Part shown: piece after piece, positions 30,621 through 41,782 of the stretch | Layout: each line of letters opens with the position of its first letter | Position numbering within the stretch: the stretch's first letter is position 1 | From: Macrostomum hystrix | Lineage: Eukaryota; Animalia; Platyhelminthes | Reading direction: 5' to 3' | DNA length: 64,000 nt | Assembly: GCA_950097015.1 (NCBI GenBank) | Contig: CATNEN010000024.1 | Location: forward strand, 1,240,001 to 1,304,000 | Made by a program: the position numbers and the translations under genes | Notes under the pieces: generated by a model | Told to the model about the DNA's origin: nothing | The model's input: only the letters and a program-made list of their open reading frames with translations | The model's database searches: none

Positions 30621-31939
30621 TTCAAATTATTCAACTTTTTTCCGATACGAGTAATTCTGGCGTTAAAAATAACACTCGCATGGAAATTCCTCCCATACAT
30701 TAGAATACAAACACTCATCTGGTACTCGTGCAGCGTTCGTGGCTGCATTCAGGACTACATATTTATTGTCGCGACTGAGGGTAGGAGAGGAGGCTAGAAC
30801 GTGAGCGGCAGACCAATCAGAAAGGAGGAAAGAAAGAAAGGATAGAGAATGAGAGATCAGCCGCAGATATAACGAGAGAGAAAGAACTAGATTGAACTGG
30901 ACGATGTAAACAAGAAAAGTGCAGAGAACGAAAGAGTGAATAGAGAACAGAAGACAGAGACGAAAGTCGTGACATTTATTGTTAAAAGCCGCTGTAGCCA
31001 CATACATTGTGTGGCTAAGCCAATCAAAATGGAGTGATTCGCCGCTTTAAGATACTGTTGAGCTATCTTTGTGTTCACTTAAAACGAATAATTATGTACC
31101 TGTAAATTGCATTATAAATGCTAAATGACAATGAATTCTAAATGACATACCAACTTTTCTGTTACACATGGCCTATGATTCGACGCACGTGCGACAGGTG
31201 CTAAAATTAATTTTTCGCCGCTGATGTGCTTATTAAATAATCATTAAATCATCCTTAATCAGGCTTCTTAAATTTGTGTTAACAAACATTTTATTTAATG
31301 TTTTATTTTGATTTTCGCTTCAATTTTTTACAAAGCAAATTGTAATATTTTAATTACCTTTTTTTGAATACTTACTTTTCCACGATACAGGCTATTTTCT
31401 GCCGTTGTTAATTGGCCCCCTGCTAATGCCAGTCATATCATTCATTAAAACAACAGTACATGATGCGTCCAGCCAATTGTGTGCTTTTGTGTAATGCCTG
31501 TTTTAATACCTGTAAAACTATTTAGCCAATAGAGCAGGACCCATAGTTTTGATTGGAGGCGTAACAAATCGTGTGACGAATGCATCTTGCGACGGATATT
31601 GCGCTATTTTTGCTGTGCTTCTGATAGACCCGCTGGTGCGAACAGAATATTTTATAAAATATTCATATTTATAAAAACTCAAAGCTATTCAGTTAACTAT
31701 GAATGAAAATATAAATTTCTCATCTATAAAATTTTATATTTCCCTTGTACTATAACCATTGTGAGGTTACCCGATTCGTTTGAGTTCAATTTCTCTAAAG
31801 CTGGAGAAAAAAAAGTAACAAAGGCGTCCAATCTTATGATTCCTGTCAAGATTTTTTAACAGACAAAAGTGACAGACGCTTACATTGGTTAATTATATTG
31901 TTTAAAATGCGTCAAACTGGAACACTCAAGATCACTAGA

Positions 31940-34484
31940 CTACTCAGAGTCCGATTCAAATTTGAACGACGACACGCCGGTGTCAATAGCGCCGCCTTTG
32001 TAGCTGCCCCGCTTTTTCTTGGTCTTCTCGTGCCTGAACGAGCGGCCCTGTGTCGGCTTCAGGTCCTCGTTGGCCTTGTAGCCCCAGCCAGTGGTGGATC
32101 CGGGCTGCGAAGCCGTAAGAGAAATAAAACTAATAATTATCTAGCGCTGACTACTTAAAGTAGCAAGAAGATGAAACAACCTGGATTATTACCTTGGCAT
32201 CGAAACTGTTGTCGTGGAAATGTTTGTTAACCACTTCCTCTTCGCGTACTCGACGGAATGGTTGATTGTGCCGCTTGTTCTGCTTGTGTGCGATTACGGA
32301 TAGATTTTTGTGGAGGTATTTCAGTGAGGCATGAAATGTGTTTAAACTAGTGACTCACCTTTCCACCTTTTGAACCGGTAGCGACACCGTCATCCTCGAG
32401 TTCGTTGCCGTTCTCACTGTGGCCATTGTTGAAATCTTCGGCCTGATAAAATGCCGAAATTAAGATAAAGAGTCTAATCTATTAGTTTGAGCCTAAATTT
32501 ACTTTATTAAATATATAACACAATCCATATACTGAACAGGATGTACATCTGGCAAAACTGTGTTCAATTAGGAAAACATTATAAGTACGACCTACTAGCA
32601 TTGGTTTCGGATTTTCACTGCTAAGAATTCACAAGCCATAGACATATATACTCACTTCCGATTTCGTCTCAGCGATATTATCGGCGCCAGCATCGTCGGT
32701 GTTTCTGCGCTCCTTCTTTCGCTTCTTTGGCTTAGGAGCCTCCGTTTCTGGCTCGGCCTCCACCGCTACCGCCTCAATCTGCTCCTCCGGCTTGACAACC
32801 GAATCGCTAAGAGTTTCCTCACTAGGCTGCTCCTGAGCGTCAGACTGACGTCTCTTCTTTTTTTTCTTCGACTTCTTCTCCTGCTGCTCGCTGTCGTCAG
32901 GAGTGACAGTGGCGGGTTCGGCAGCTGGCTGTTGAACTTCGGCTAGCGGCTCCGGCTGAGGAATCGAATCGCTGGCCTGCTGCTCCAGTTCAGACTTTCG
33001 CTGCTTCTTCTTCTTCTTTTTCTGCCCATTGGCTAGCGCAGCGTTGGACTGCGCAGGGACAGGGTCTTCGGGTTCTTTCTTGACAACAACAGTAGCAACA
33101 GCAGCAGGAGTTTCAGCCTTCGTTGGACTGGCAAAGTCACCAGATGCTGTGCCTGGTAAGCTGCGAAACACATTTGCAGACAAGGATTTAGATTATGCTT
33201 ACATATAGCACAAAACAAGCACTCAGTAAATAAAATAGCTGTACCTGTAGTAACTCTTCAGCACAGTCATTAAGTTCTCCAGGCCTTTGAAAATGATCTA
33301 AAAATGTTTAAATGTTAAATAATAAAAAGATGATATTTACTACACAAGATAACTTACTTCCAGACCAGATTTTGCATACAGCTATGGAGAAAAATTGTTT
33401 GCAATTAAGATTGTTTCATTAAAAAAATAACTCAATAAAGTTTAGCAACTGCCATTATCCAACTGTATGCTTTGTACTGCTACTGTTTTCTCATTATTTT
33501 TCTTTCGCTTATTGCTATATATGATTATATACAAGCAAGAAAAGCATTCATGTTATTCTATTATATCTAATTCTATAGCCCATTGTAGGTAAAGCTAAAA
33601 GAATAATTCGACTAGTTACTAGTGACTACAAAATAGTGACACCATATTCTTTAAAATTCAGTGTTATGATGTATTTAAATAACTACTTTACAGTTTACTT
33701 TAGATTGTCCTAATAATTACCATTGTAATTGAACAATACTTATGTATATATATCTAATTTTTTCTGCTCAAGTAGTAAAATAATAATGTTTTGGTTTTAT
33801 ATTAGCCTAGAGCCTATCCATAGGCATAGCTCTGTATAACCTTATTCAATTAGCTATAGTAGCTAGCTAAAAATGCTAAACTGACAGTTTTTTCATTAAA
33901 TTTAAATGTATAATCTAAAGCTAGCTAGCAATAACCATACAAACCTTAAAACCTTGTTGACCTTAAAAATCAACAAAAGTAATAGCCTTATTATGAATAT
34001 ACATCACTTAAGCCTAAAGTTCTATTAAAATTATTTGAATCACTAATTTATGGTACAAAAATATAATATATAAAATTGAAAAAAAACTATCCATTAGTTT
34101 GTTATTTTTGTCTGTTTAGCTAACAAACAAATGATAGCAATAATCTATATGATATAGTGGGTCCATGTGAACACCAAAACAGACCACAACAGACCCTGAT
34201 ATAGCTAATTGAAAACAATAGCAAGTCTGGCTAGTCCTACAAATCACAATGTAGACTAAATATGACCTTAGGGGTTTGGGCTTAGACAGTTTAGTTGCAG
34301 GTAAAATGGCAAAACCCAAAATACACAATACTTGACTAATTTGACTTACAATGTCCTTCTGACTTTTCTCCTGGATAGCTTTTCTGAAGTTTTCTGCCAG
34401 TGTTTCATCATTCAACTGCTTCTTCATGTAATTGTAGATGAGAAAATTGGCTCGGCTGGTCAGCTCTAAAGTCGACATAGCCAT
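31940..34484 (-). CDS. NOLC1: Nopp140/NOLC1-like nucleolar protein (LisH-like N-terminus, Lys-rich centre, SRP40_C C-terminus), 7 exons, about 350 aa
   Basis: Exons 34484-34350, 33381-33358, 33297-33245, 33160-32656, 32442-32359, 32279-32193 and 32104-31940 give 1053 nt in frame. C-terminus PFRRVREEEV...DNSFDAK...GWGYKANEDLKPTQGRSFRHEKTKKKRGSYKGGAID...FKFESDSE* is the SRP40_C signature. Confidence 0.9.
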
Positions 34485-36223
34485 TTCCGAGGTTCTGAAC
34501 TTAAGTGGGAGCTCTTTGAGTAAGCCTATGTATAAAAATTCGGCAATTTAGCAATAGAAAAATAAAATTATTGATAGTAAGGCTTCAATAATTTGATTAG
34601 ACAATATACAAATATTGTATTGATATTGCTTCTTCAGCTAAATCCTAAGCAAAGGCTAGGCTAAGCTACCAATCAGAAAAAGTAATTTAGTATTTTTTGC
34701 AAAGAACCAACTGTCGAAAAGCCTTGAATTTATTTATTACACTTAATCTGTAAGCAGAAAACGATCAACACATAAAAAAGCACCCAATACTTTGCTAAGA
34801 TGTTGTTTGGTACATACGTAGAACGCAGCTTTCTTTACATTACGGCTAATATATGCCGCACGTTAAATTAAAGGTTTCTACGAAGTACAAAAACAAAAGA
34901 TCTATATACTTTATTAAATAAAAACAATCTAAGTGATTTAGCTTTCTTCAAATATTGTATTAAGTACTAGCTAAGAGAGTGCGCTTAAAATTATATGAAT
35001 GATATCTAATTCTATGAATTTTACGAACTAGAACTTAATAAGAAGGTATACGAGCGTACATTCAGCGGATTATAAGCATTTAACTAACTACACGATAATT
35101 TATCCAATTTATTGTTTTCTGTTTATTAATTGATATGATATTCGATATTATTTACTTTATAAAAGAAGTCTTAAAAAGAGGCTCGTAACTTAATAATCAT
35201 TTAAACGTAAAGGATCAAGGTGTAGTCAACGTTTAGTTCTTGCTAAGATCCAGTAGTCACACCTTAGTCAGACCATATAAAATCTCTAAGGTTTGACTGG
35301 TATTTGAGTCCCTGATATGCTCTGATATTTGTAATAATCGTACAATTAGAAAAAAATTCGTGGACATGTTCTAAAATACATTTGTTGCTAACGTCAGTTC
35401 TGCAGTTATGAACTTAGAAAAACACAAAAACTGAACAACGGAATAAATTTACATAAATGAACTCTTTTTGGTTCATTACTAGGCATAGTGCGCGTGGCAG
35501 AAGCTTTGCGTATTCGGATGAAACAGCACTAGGCCTTTTTAATTAGTTTAATTAGCAATGACAGGCGAAACTACATGTCTATGTACATGTACGTAACACA
35601 TGCACATAAGGAAATGATTTACAAACAGAAGGAAGACGGGCCGGTTAATATATGTTAAAAGAGAGTGAGAGGTAAATCACAATTGTTAATTTGTTTTTAG
35701 TCAACAAAACAACAGTCAATAGAAGCGGCGATGTGAGGAAAGAAAACAAGTGAGAATTCGGGGCTAGGCAAGCAGCAGAGGGAGAGTGACACGAGTAAAA
35801 ACTGTGCGCAGGTTAGCGGCCAGTGTACGGGGATTAGGAAAAAGCACACAAGCCTGAAATGGAGGATATCCAGCGCGCGGCGGCACTATTCTACTTATAG
35901 TAGAGACGAGCGAACGAACTCGCGCGCGCTTTGTGCTTTGCGCGCACGGAGAGAAAGACAAAGGGTGGTAATTTATTAGCAGAAAAGACAAGAGCGAGAC
36001 AGGAGACAGTGGAGAGTGGATCGGGAAAACGAAGCCGAGTGAATGAAGCGAAACAAACAACAGGAAAATAAACAAGCAATTTAATCGGGATCGAGAATAG
36101 AGAATATAAAATGAATTCAATAAACAGCGGACTGCGTCATCAAAATTTATATGTAGCCGGTTGAGGTGAAGAAGATAAAGAGGATAACAGAGAGTAACAG
36201 TGGAGGCTTGCCGCTCTGAGGAA

Positions 36224-36688
36224 TCACTCCGGTCGGGTCAGGCGAGCCTGTCTAGTCAGGATTGCAGTCATGGCTTCATCTGACAGTAGCGGTCGCAGGG
36301 TCTGATTTAGCAACTGTATTTCAGAGTCCCTCTGCTGCACAGCCGTTCTCAATTGCTGAACAAGCTGCTGCAGCGGCTCCATCTCAGACTTCACCGTGCT
36401 AAGTATGGCGCCCTGCAGCATGTCGGTGACGCCGTTGATGCGGGCTTCGAGTCTGGTCTCAACGCTGGACGAGCGAGTCATGTTGCCCGAGCCGGACGAC
36501 GAGCCGCCGCCGCCGCCGCCACCGCCAACAGCCGGCGAACTGCCGGTGGCCGAAGCTACAGTTGTGGGCTGAGCAGCCCCGCTGCCAGTCGTCGTCGACG
36601 TCGCCGTCGCAATTGTCGGCTCTTTCCTTTTCTTTCCGTCCTGAGTGCTAAGATACACCACCGTCTGGGCCACATTGTCTATGGTTAC
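36224..36688 (-). CDS. Probable terminal exon of an unknown gene: Thr/Gly-rich segment then predicted coiled coil
   Basis: Acceptor cctttcag at 36689-36696 leads in phase 0 into an open frame ending at TGA 36224; GC-rich; heptad-like EPLQQLVQQLRTAVQQRDSEIQLLNQTL; AATAAA on the minus strand near 35975. Confidence 0.45.
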   Translation of the reverse strand, partial: VTIDNVAQTVVYLSTQDGKKRKEPTIATATSTTTGSGAAQPTTVASATGSSPAVGGGGGGGGSSSGSGNMTRSSSVETRLEARINGVTDMLQGAILSTVKSEMEPLQQLVQQLRTAVQQRDSEIQLLNQTLRPLLSDEAMTAILTRQARLTRPE

Positions 36689-36774
36689 CTGAAAGGTTGG
36701 ATTATTGTAAGCACAACACAGTTAGAAATAATCTCATCAAGATGGCCAGGTATTAAAGATTTTTGCTAAATTGT

Positions 36775-37385
36775 TGCTGAATAGTTGGCGTACCAACTGG
36801 CTGAATAAGTTGGCCTACCAACTGGCTGAATAGTTGGCCTACTAACTGGCTGAATAGTTGGCCTACCAACTGGCTGAATAGTTGGCCTACCAACTGGCTG
36901 AATAGTTGGCCTACCAACTGGCTGAATAGTTGGCCTACCAACTGGCTGAATAGTTGGCCTACCAACTGGCTGAATAGTTGGCCTACCAACTGGCTGAATA
37001 GTTGGCCTACCAACTGGCTGAATAGTTGGCCTACCAACTGGCTGAATAGTTGGCCTACCAACTGGCTGAATAGTTGGCCTACCAACTGGCTGAATAGTTG
37101 GCCTACCAACTGGCTGAATAGTTGGCCTACCAACTGGCTGAATAGTTGGCCTACCAACTGGCTGAATAGTTGGCCTACCAACTGGCTGAATAGTTGGCCT
37201 ACCAACTGGCTGAATAGTTGGCCTACCAACTGGCTGAATAGTTGGCCTACCAACTGGCTGAATAGTTGGCCTATCAACTGGCTGAATAGTTGGCCTACCA
37301 ACTGGCTGAATAGTTGGCCTATCAACTGGCTGAATAGTTGGCCTACCAACTGGCTGAATAGTTGGCCTACCAACGGGCTGAATAG
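36775..37385 (+). repeat. 24-bp minisatellite
   Basis: Unit actggctgaatagttggcctacca, about 25 near-identical copies. Confidence 0.95.
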
Positions 37386-38158
37386 AAGAAGTAGAAGAGT
37401 AGAGGAGCGCACGCGATCTCTCTTTCTCTCTCTCTCTCTCTCTCTGTGTGTGCGTGTGCTCTTGTCTGTACCTGATTAGGTCGATTCACCACATGTTTAA
37501 TTCCACGCCTAGCTCGAGCTTTTTTTACACTCGAGGATTTAGGTCGAGGCAGCTATTGCTGCCTCCAGATTTCAAAAATGGGTTTGCTGTGTCTATCTGA
37601 CTACTGGTAAGCAGTATCTAAAGTATGGTGACTTTTAAACACTGATTTACTTTATATACACACCGCCGCAGATTAGGTCGAGTTTTTTACCAATCAACCT
37701 AATCCGCAGGAATAAATGTGTGCATGGCACTTCGTGTGTATCGAGTGTAACCCTAATTCTTTATGTGTACAAACAAAAACGCTTTAATCATTACTCATAG
37801 TACTGTTAGATGTCAGAAGTGGGTTCTGAACAGCTGTTAGTAGTGGGTCTCTGTAGTGGGTCTCCGTTGTAGTTGGACTCTGTAGTGGGTTTCTGTAGTG
37901 GGGCTCTGTAGAAGGTCTGTTTGTTGTGGGTCTCTGTTGGTAGCTGGGCTGTTTGTAAATGGTCTCTGTTTGTAGCAACAAACTAATATAAGCGAATAGT
38001 ATTATCATTGTTCTACTAAGCTGCCGTCGTCGGTTTTAAGTGTGTGAAAAGGAATAACAGTTGAGTGATAGGATATTTAATTATAATTCAATATAGAGAC
38101 TTCTCTAAACGCGGGAAATTCTGGGAGATAAACTTGGGAGAGGCACTCCAATTGAAAC

Positions 38159-38370
38159 ACAATGGGGTTTAGGTCGAGCTGTGTGTTATGGACCCGCACT
38201 CGAGGTAATCCTGCAACTGAAAGCTGTGGCCACTCCAACTAATGCACACTGACAATGGGGTTTAGGTCGAGCTGTGTGTTAGGGACCCGCACTCGAAGGT
38301 AATCCTGCAACTGAAAGCTGTGGCTACTCCAACTAATGCACACTGACAATGGGGTTTAGATCGAGCTGTG
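38159..38370 (+). repeat. 93-94 bp tandem duplication (about 2.3 copies)
   Basis: acaatggggtttaggtcgagctgtg...aatgcacactg starts at 38159, 38252 and 38346. Confidence 0.9.
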
Positions 38371-38544
38371 GTAAAGTACTTTTAACCGTGCTAGATTTTA
38401 TGCACTAATCTTGCGATCTATAGGCATTCCTGCATTTAATTTTGACTCAAGTGTACACAACTCGAGCATCATCAACCTTAATAACGTATAATGGAGATTT
38501 GATTGAGATTGAACTTTCAGTCGTGATAAAACTTTTTTTGACAG

Positions 38545-39411
38545 GCTGAAGATTCACGTGGCAGGCCTAGTCGACGCAAAGCTGATAATGAGGCGGCAGG
38601 CAATCCAGTGAAAAAAGTGTAAAAAAAGTCGGCTGCTGAGTCTACTGTGCATTCAAAAGTCGAGTCCAGCGACTCGCAGAATATTGTGCTTGCTGCTCAG
38701 CCCTCGGTGGATGGCTCCAGAGACCCGCAGCCCAATGGTGCTGCTGCTCAGCTCTCGGTGGATGGCTCCAGAGACCCGCAGCCCGATGGTCCTGCTGCTC
38801 AGCTCTCGGTGGATGGCTCCAGAGACCCGCAGCCCGATGGTCCTGCTGGTCCCGATGGTCCAAGCGACGTCAAAACCGTTCTAGACAAGCTACTTGCCAC
38901 TCGCGACGCTGCAGCGGATTCGAATCCGTTTGTTTTTGCTAATCATGGAACTACTGATAGTTATCTCTCACCGTACCGGACTCGAACCAAGATTATTAGC
39001 CAAGTCCCAGGTCTGAAGCAGCCAGCCCGAATTCAATCAACAAAACTAAGAAAGTATGTTGGAACAGTAGTGCAGCTAATGGATCTGTCCAAACGTGACT
39101 TAAAATGGGTGTGTGATCACATGGACAACAAACTCGCTGTTCACCGAGACTTTTACCAATTACAGAGGTCAACTACCGAGGTGGCAAAAGTTAGTAAAAT
39201 TATGCTAGCAATGGATTCAGGCAACATTGAAGGCCTTCATGGCAAAGATCTTGACTCTATTACTCTCGATCAAATCCCTGAGCCAATTAATGACGATGAA
39301 GAGGACGACGATGATGATGGCGACGACGAAGACAAAGAAGGACATGGCCAGGCACCAGCGCACATGCACAGGAAATTGACAGGTTCTCCAGGGCCCCATA
39401 CCTCACGATGA
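38545..39411 (+). pseudogene. Tyrosine-recombinase gene fragment (copy A): repeat-containing N-terminus joined directly to the C-terminal half of the YR domain
   Basis: Acceptor at 38544; in-frame TAA at 38620-38622; three 51-bp/17-aa repeats; then NPFVFA...IQSTKLRKYVGTV...DHMDNKLAVHRDFYQL...EVAKVSKIMLAMDSG, homologous to copies B and C. Box-I Arg region absent and LGH replaced by MDN. Confidence 0.75.
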
Positions 39412-39779
39412 CAAAGGGCGAAAGAAGAAGAAGAAGACAAAGAAGGACCAGCCTGTCCAAAGTGGCCCGTCCTGGGCTGTCCTGGGCTTCCTCAAGTGGC
39501 CCAGCCTTCACGAGGCGGGAAGCGGACGGGGCATCAGCCCTGGCAAAAAGGACCACAACAACAGAAGGGAGATGGAAGGAGGGAGTGGGCGCAGGCCCAC
39601 CCCGAATCACCAACCCTTTTTGGCAACGACGACAGGAAGTAGCCGACCCTGGCGTCGATAAAACTAAGGCCAACCAACCCTGGAGAAGAGGAGGAGAGCG
39701 GAGGACGGAGGGAGCAATGTGCAACGACGACGAGAGACGGGCAGCAGGAGAAATTAAATGGAGACTGGCGACAATCGAA

Positions 39780-40190
39780 AAGAACCCGGGACCTAAAACG
39801 GTGCAAGAGAGAAAAGCGAGACAGATTAGACAGAGCAAGGGAGGCCTGGCCATACACCAAAAACGTATGCACTGCAAACAGACCGAACCCGTGACGTTCA
39901 CGTGCCAGAAGTGCGCGAAAATTTTCGCCAAGAGGCCACCCTCAGAAATCATTTCAAAGCCTGCCTGGGAGAACGCGAAGAAGCGCCGGATACTGTCACC
40001 TGTACCGGATGCAAAAAGATGATCAGTAAGACCAACCTGGCGCATCACAGACGGACCTGTAATCACCGGATCGCTATAGTTCACATAGATCAAGTCAACG
40101 AACCTGGATTCCTCGAAAAAGCTAGAAAACACACTAGGAAGACGAAGCAGTGTGTCTCATGCGGCCGCGTGCTGTCGGCCAGTGGATGTA
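39780..40190 (+). mobile_element. Frameshifted tandem Zn-finger fragment, probably the 3' end of a non-LTR (RTE-like) retrotransposon
   Basis: With one frameshift near 39930 it reads SKGGLAIHQKRMH...CQKCAKIFAKEATLRNHFKAC...CTGCKKMISKTNLAHHRRTC...CVSCGRVLSAS. The RTE assignment is from recalled family architecture; no RT domain is visible. Confidence 0.45.
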
Positions 40191-40445
40191 GCCTAGTGGT
40201 TATAGTAGTCTTAGCGTCTATAGCGTCTTATAGCGTCTTACTCCTGACCCACGGGAACAATTTTTAAAGTTTTAGTTTAAAAAAAACTACTTATTGCTTC
40301 AGTTCACTCAGCTGCAAATGGGTACCAGCATTGACCGGAAATTGAGGGTGGGTGCAGTGGAGACCTCCCAGTCCACTGCTAAACGTAGCCTTCGGATGCG
40401 CCGCGCAATAGCTGTGGCTGTGAAGCACACCTCTGCCCCAGTTTA
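40183..40445 (+). mobile_element. SINE family 2 copy with degenerate head
   Basis: A-box-like ggatgtagcctagtggtta at about 40184; core ttgcttcagttcactcagctgcaaatgggtaccagcatt at 40294-40332. Confidence 0.55.
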
Positions 40446-40565
40446 GGCATTGATAGTTACTATATATTATATACTTCAAGAGAAATTGATTCCGCACAAT
40501 ATTAGATGTTGATAACACTTAAGAAACATTTTTTCATATTAGCACTAATTTGGATTCCCTAAATA

Positions 40566-40830
40566 AACTCATTCTAATCACCACCTGCTTTGATATTGTG
40601 TTTCTCTATTTATTCAAACATTTAATCACCACCTGCTTTGATATTGTGTTTCTCTATTTATTCAAACATTTAATCACCACTTGCTTTGATATTGTGTTTC
40701 TCTATTTATTCAAACATTTAATCACCACCTGCTTTGATATTGTGTTTCTCTATTTATTCAAACATTTAATCACCACTTGCTTTGATATTGTGTTTCTCTA
40801 TTTATTCAAACATTTAATCACCACCTGCTT
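40566..40830 (+). repeat. 48-bp minisatellite
   Basis: Unit atcaccacctgctttgatattgtgtttctctatttattcaaacattta, about 5.5 copies. Confidence 0.95.
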
Positions 40831-41782
40831 TAACGTTGCTTAAAATTAACCTGCTCTAATGTGAATAAATAAAGAATTAGAGAAATAAGAGCCACCTACT
40901 TAAAAATTTGTTTCCTCAACGTAGACGTTCATCAGATCTATGATGTTTCTAGAGCACTGCTATTTAGCGCAAAAGGAAGTCTCTGTGGACAAGAGCATTG
41001 ATTCCGGTGTACAATAGAGTGCGAAAATGTTAAGAGATTGGGGAAGTGCTAAAGACCCAGCTGATAATTTCGATCATCTAAGGACACAAAATCCTCGGTA
41101 GTACTAATGGCCTCGTAACCGCGTTGGATTAACGCATGACAGTTGTCTGTTTTAAAACATTAAAAAAGCTATTTTTATACTCTTAAATTGATTTTTCGAA
41201 TTAATATACTAAAAACTAAATTCTATGTATGTATTCGCATGTATCATGCATGTAATTTTTCTTAATTTGTCAAATATTAAAACAAAAACATCTTCAGTTT
41301 TTTGTTTTGCAACTTTACTTTATAAGAATGTTTACATAAAAATAATGAAATAGTACAGGAAGTTTTTTGGTTAATACTTCCACTGAGTATTAACTGAGTA
41401 TTAATTCATAGATAATTAGCGATGTGGTGGAACTGTTGGAACAACCGTCACACTCCTGCTTCTGTAGCTTTTGTACATAGTTTCATTTAAAAGTAGCGTT
41501 TTTTAGTTCCTTCTGCCTATGTTCTGACGTATAACGCAGATATACCATTGGTTCTCGCTAAAACTATGTCCCCCTGCCTTGAGCTAGGACTTTTTCTGAA
41601 ATATGGTATACAAATATGCTTAACTTGTGCTTTTTCGTGTGTGGGAGCAGTCCCAATATGTGCAAGCTTTTGCACACCTGGCCAATAAGTGCCCGGTGCA
41701 CGTTTGTGTGTGTGTACGTGTGTGTGTGTGTGTGTGTGTGTGCAGATGCATAGCCCACTTATTGGTTCGCATTGATGCATTG

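Noticed and set aside
35760-36120. Purine-skewed blocks here and at 7290-7480 and 54180-54500 as possible solo LTRs
   Set aside because: No mutual alignment, no confident TG...CA ends and no TSDs could be established.
39760-39795. RLATIEKNPGP resembling a 2A/StopGo peptide
   Set aside because: Lacks the essential Asp of D[VI]ExNPGP (Thr instead), and the frame upstream of the Zn-finger fragment appears scrambled, so it may not be the ancestral frame.
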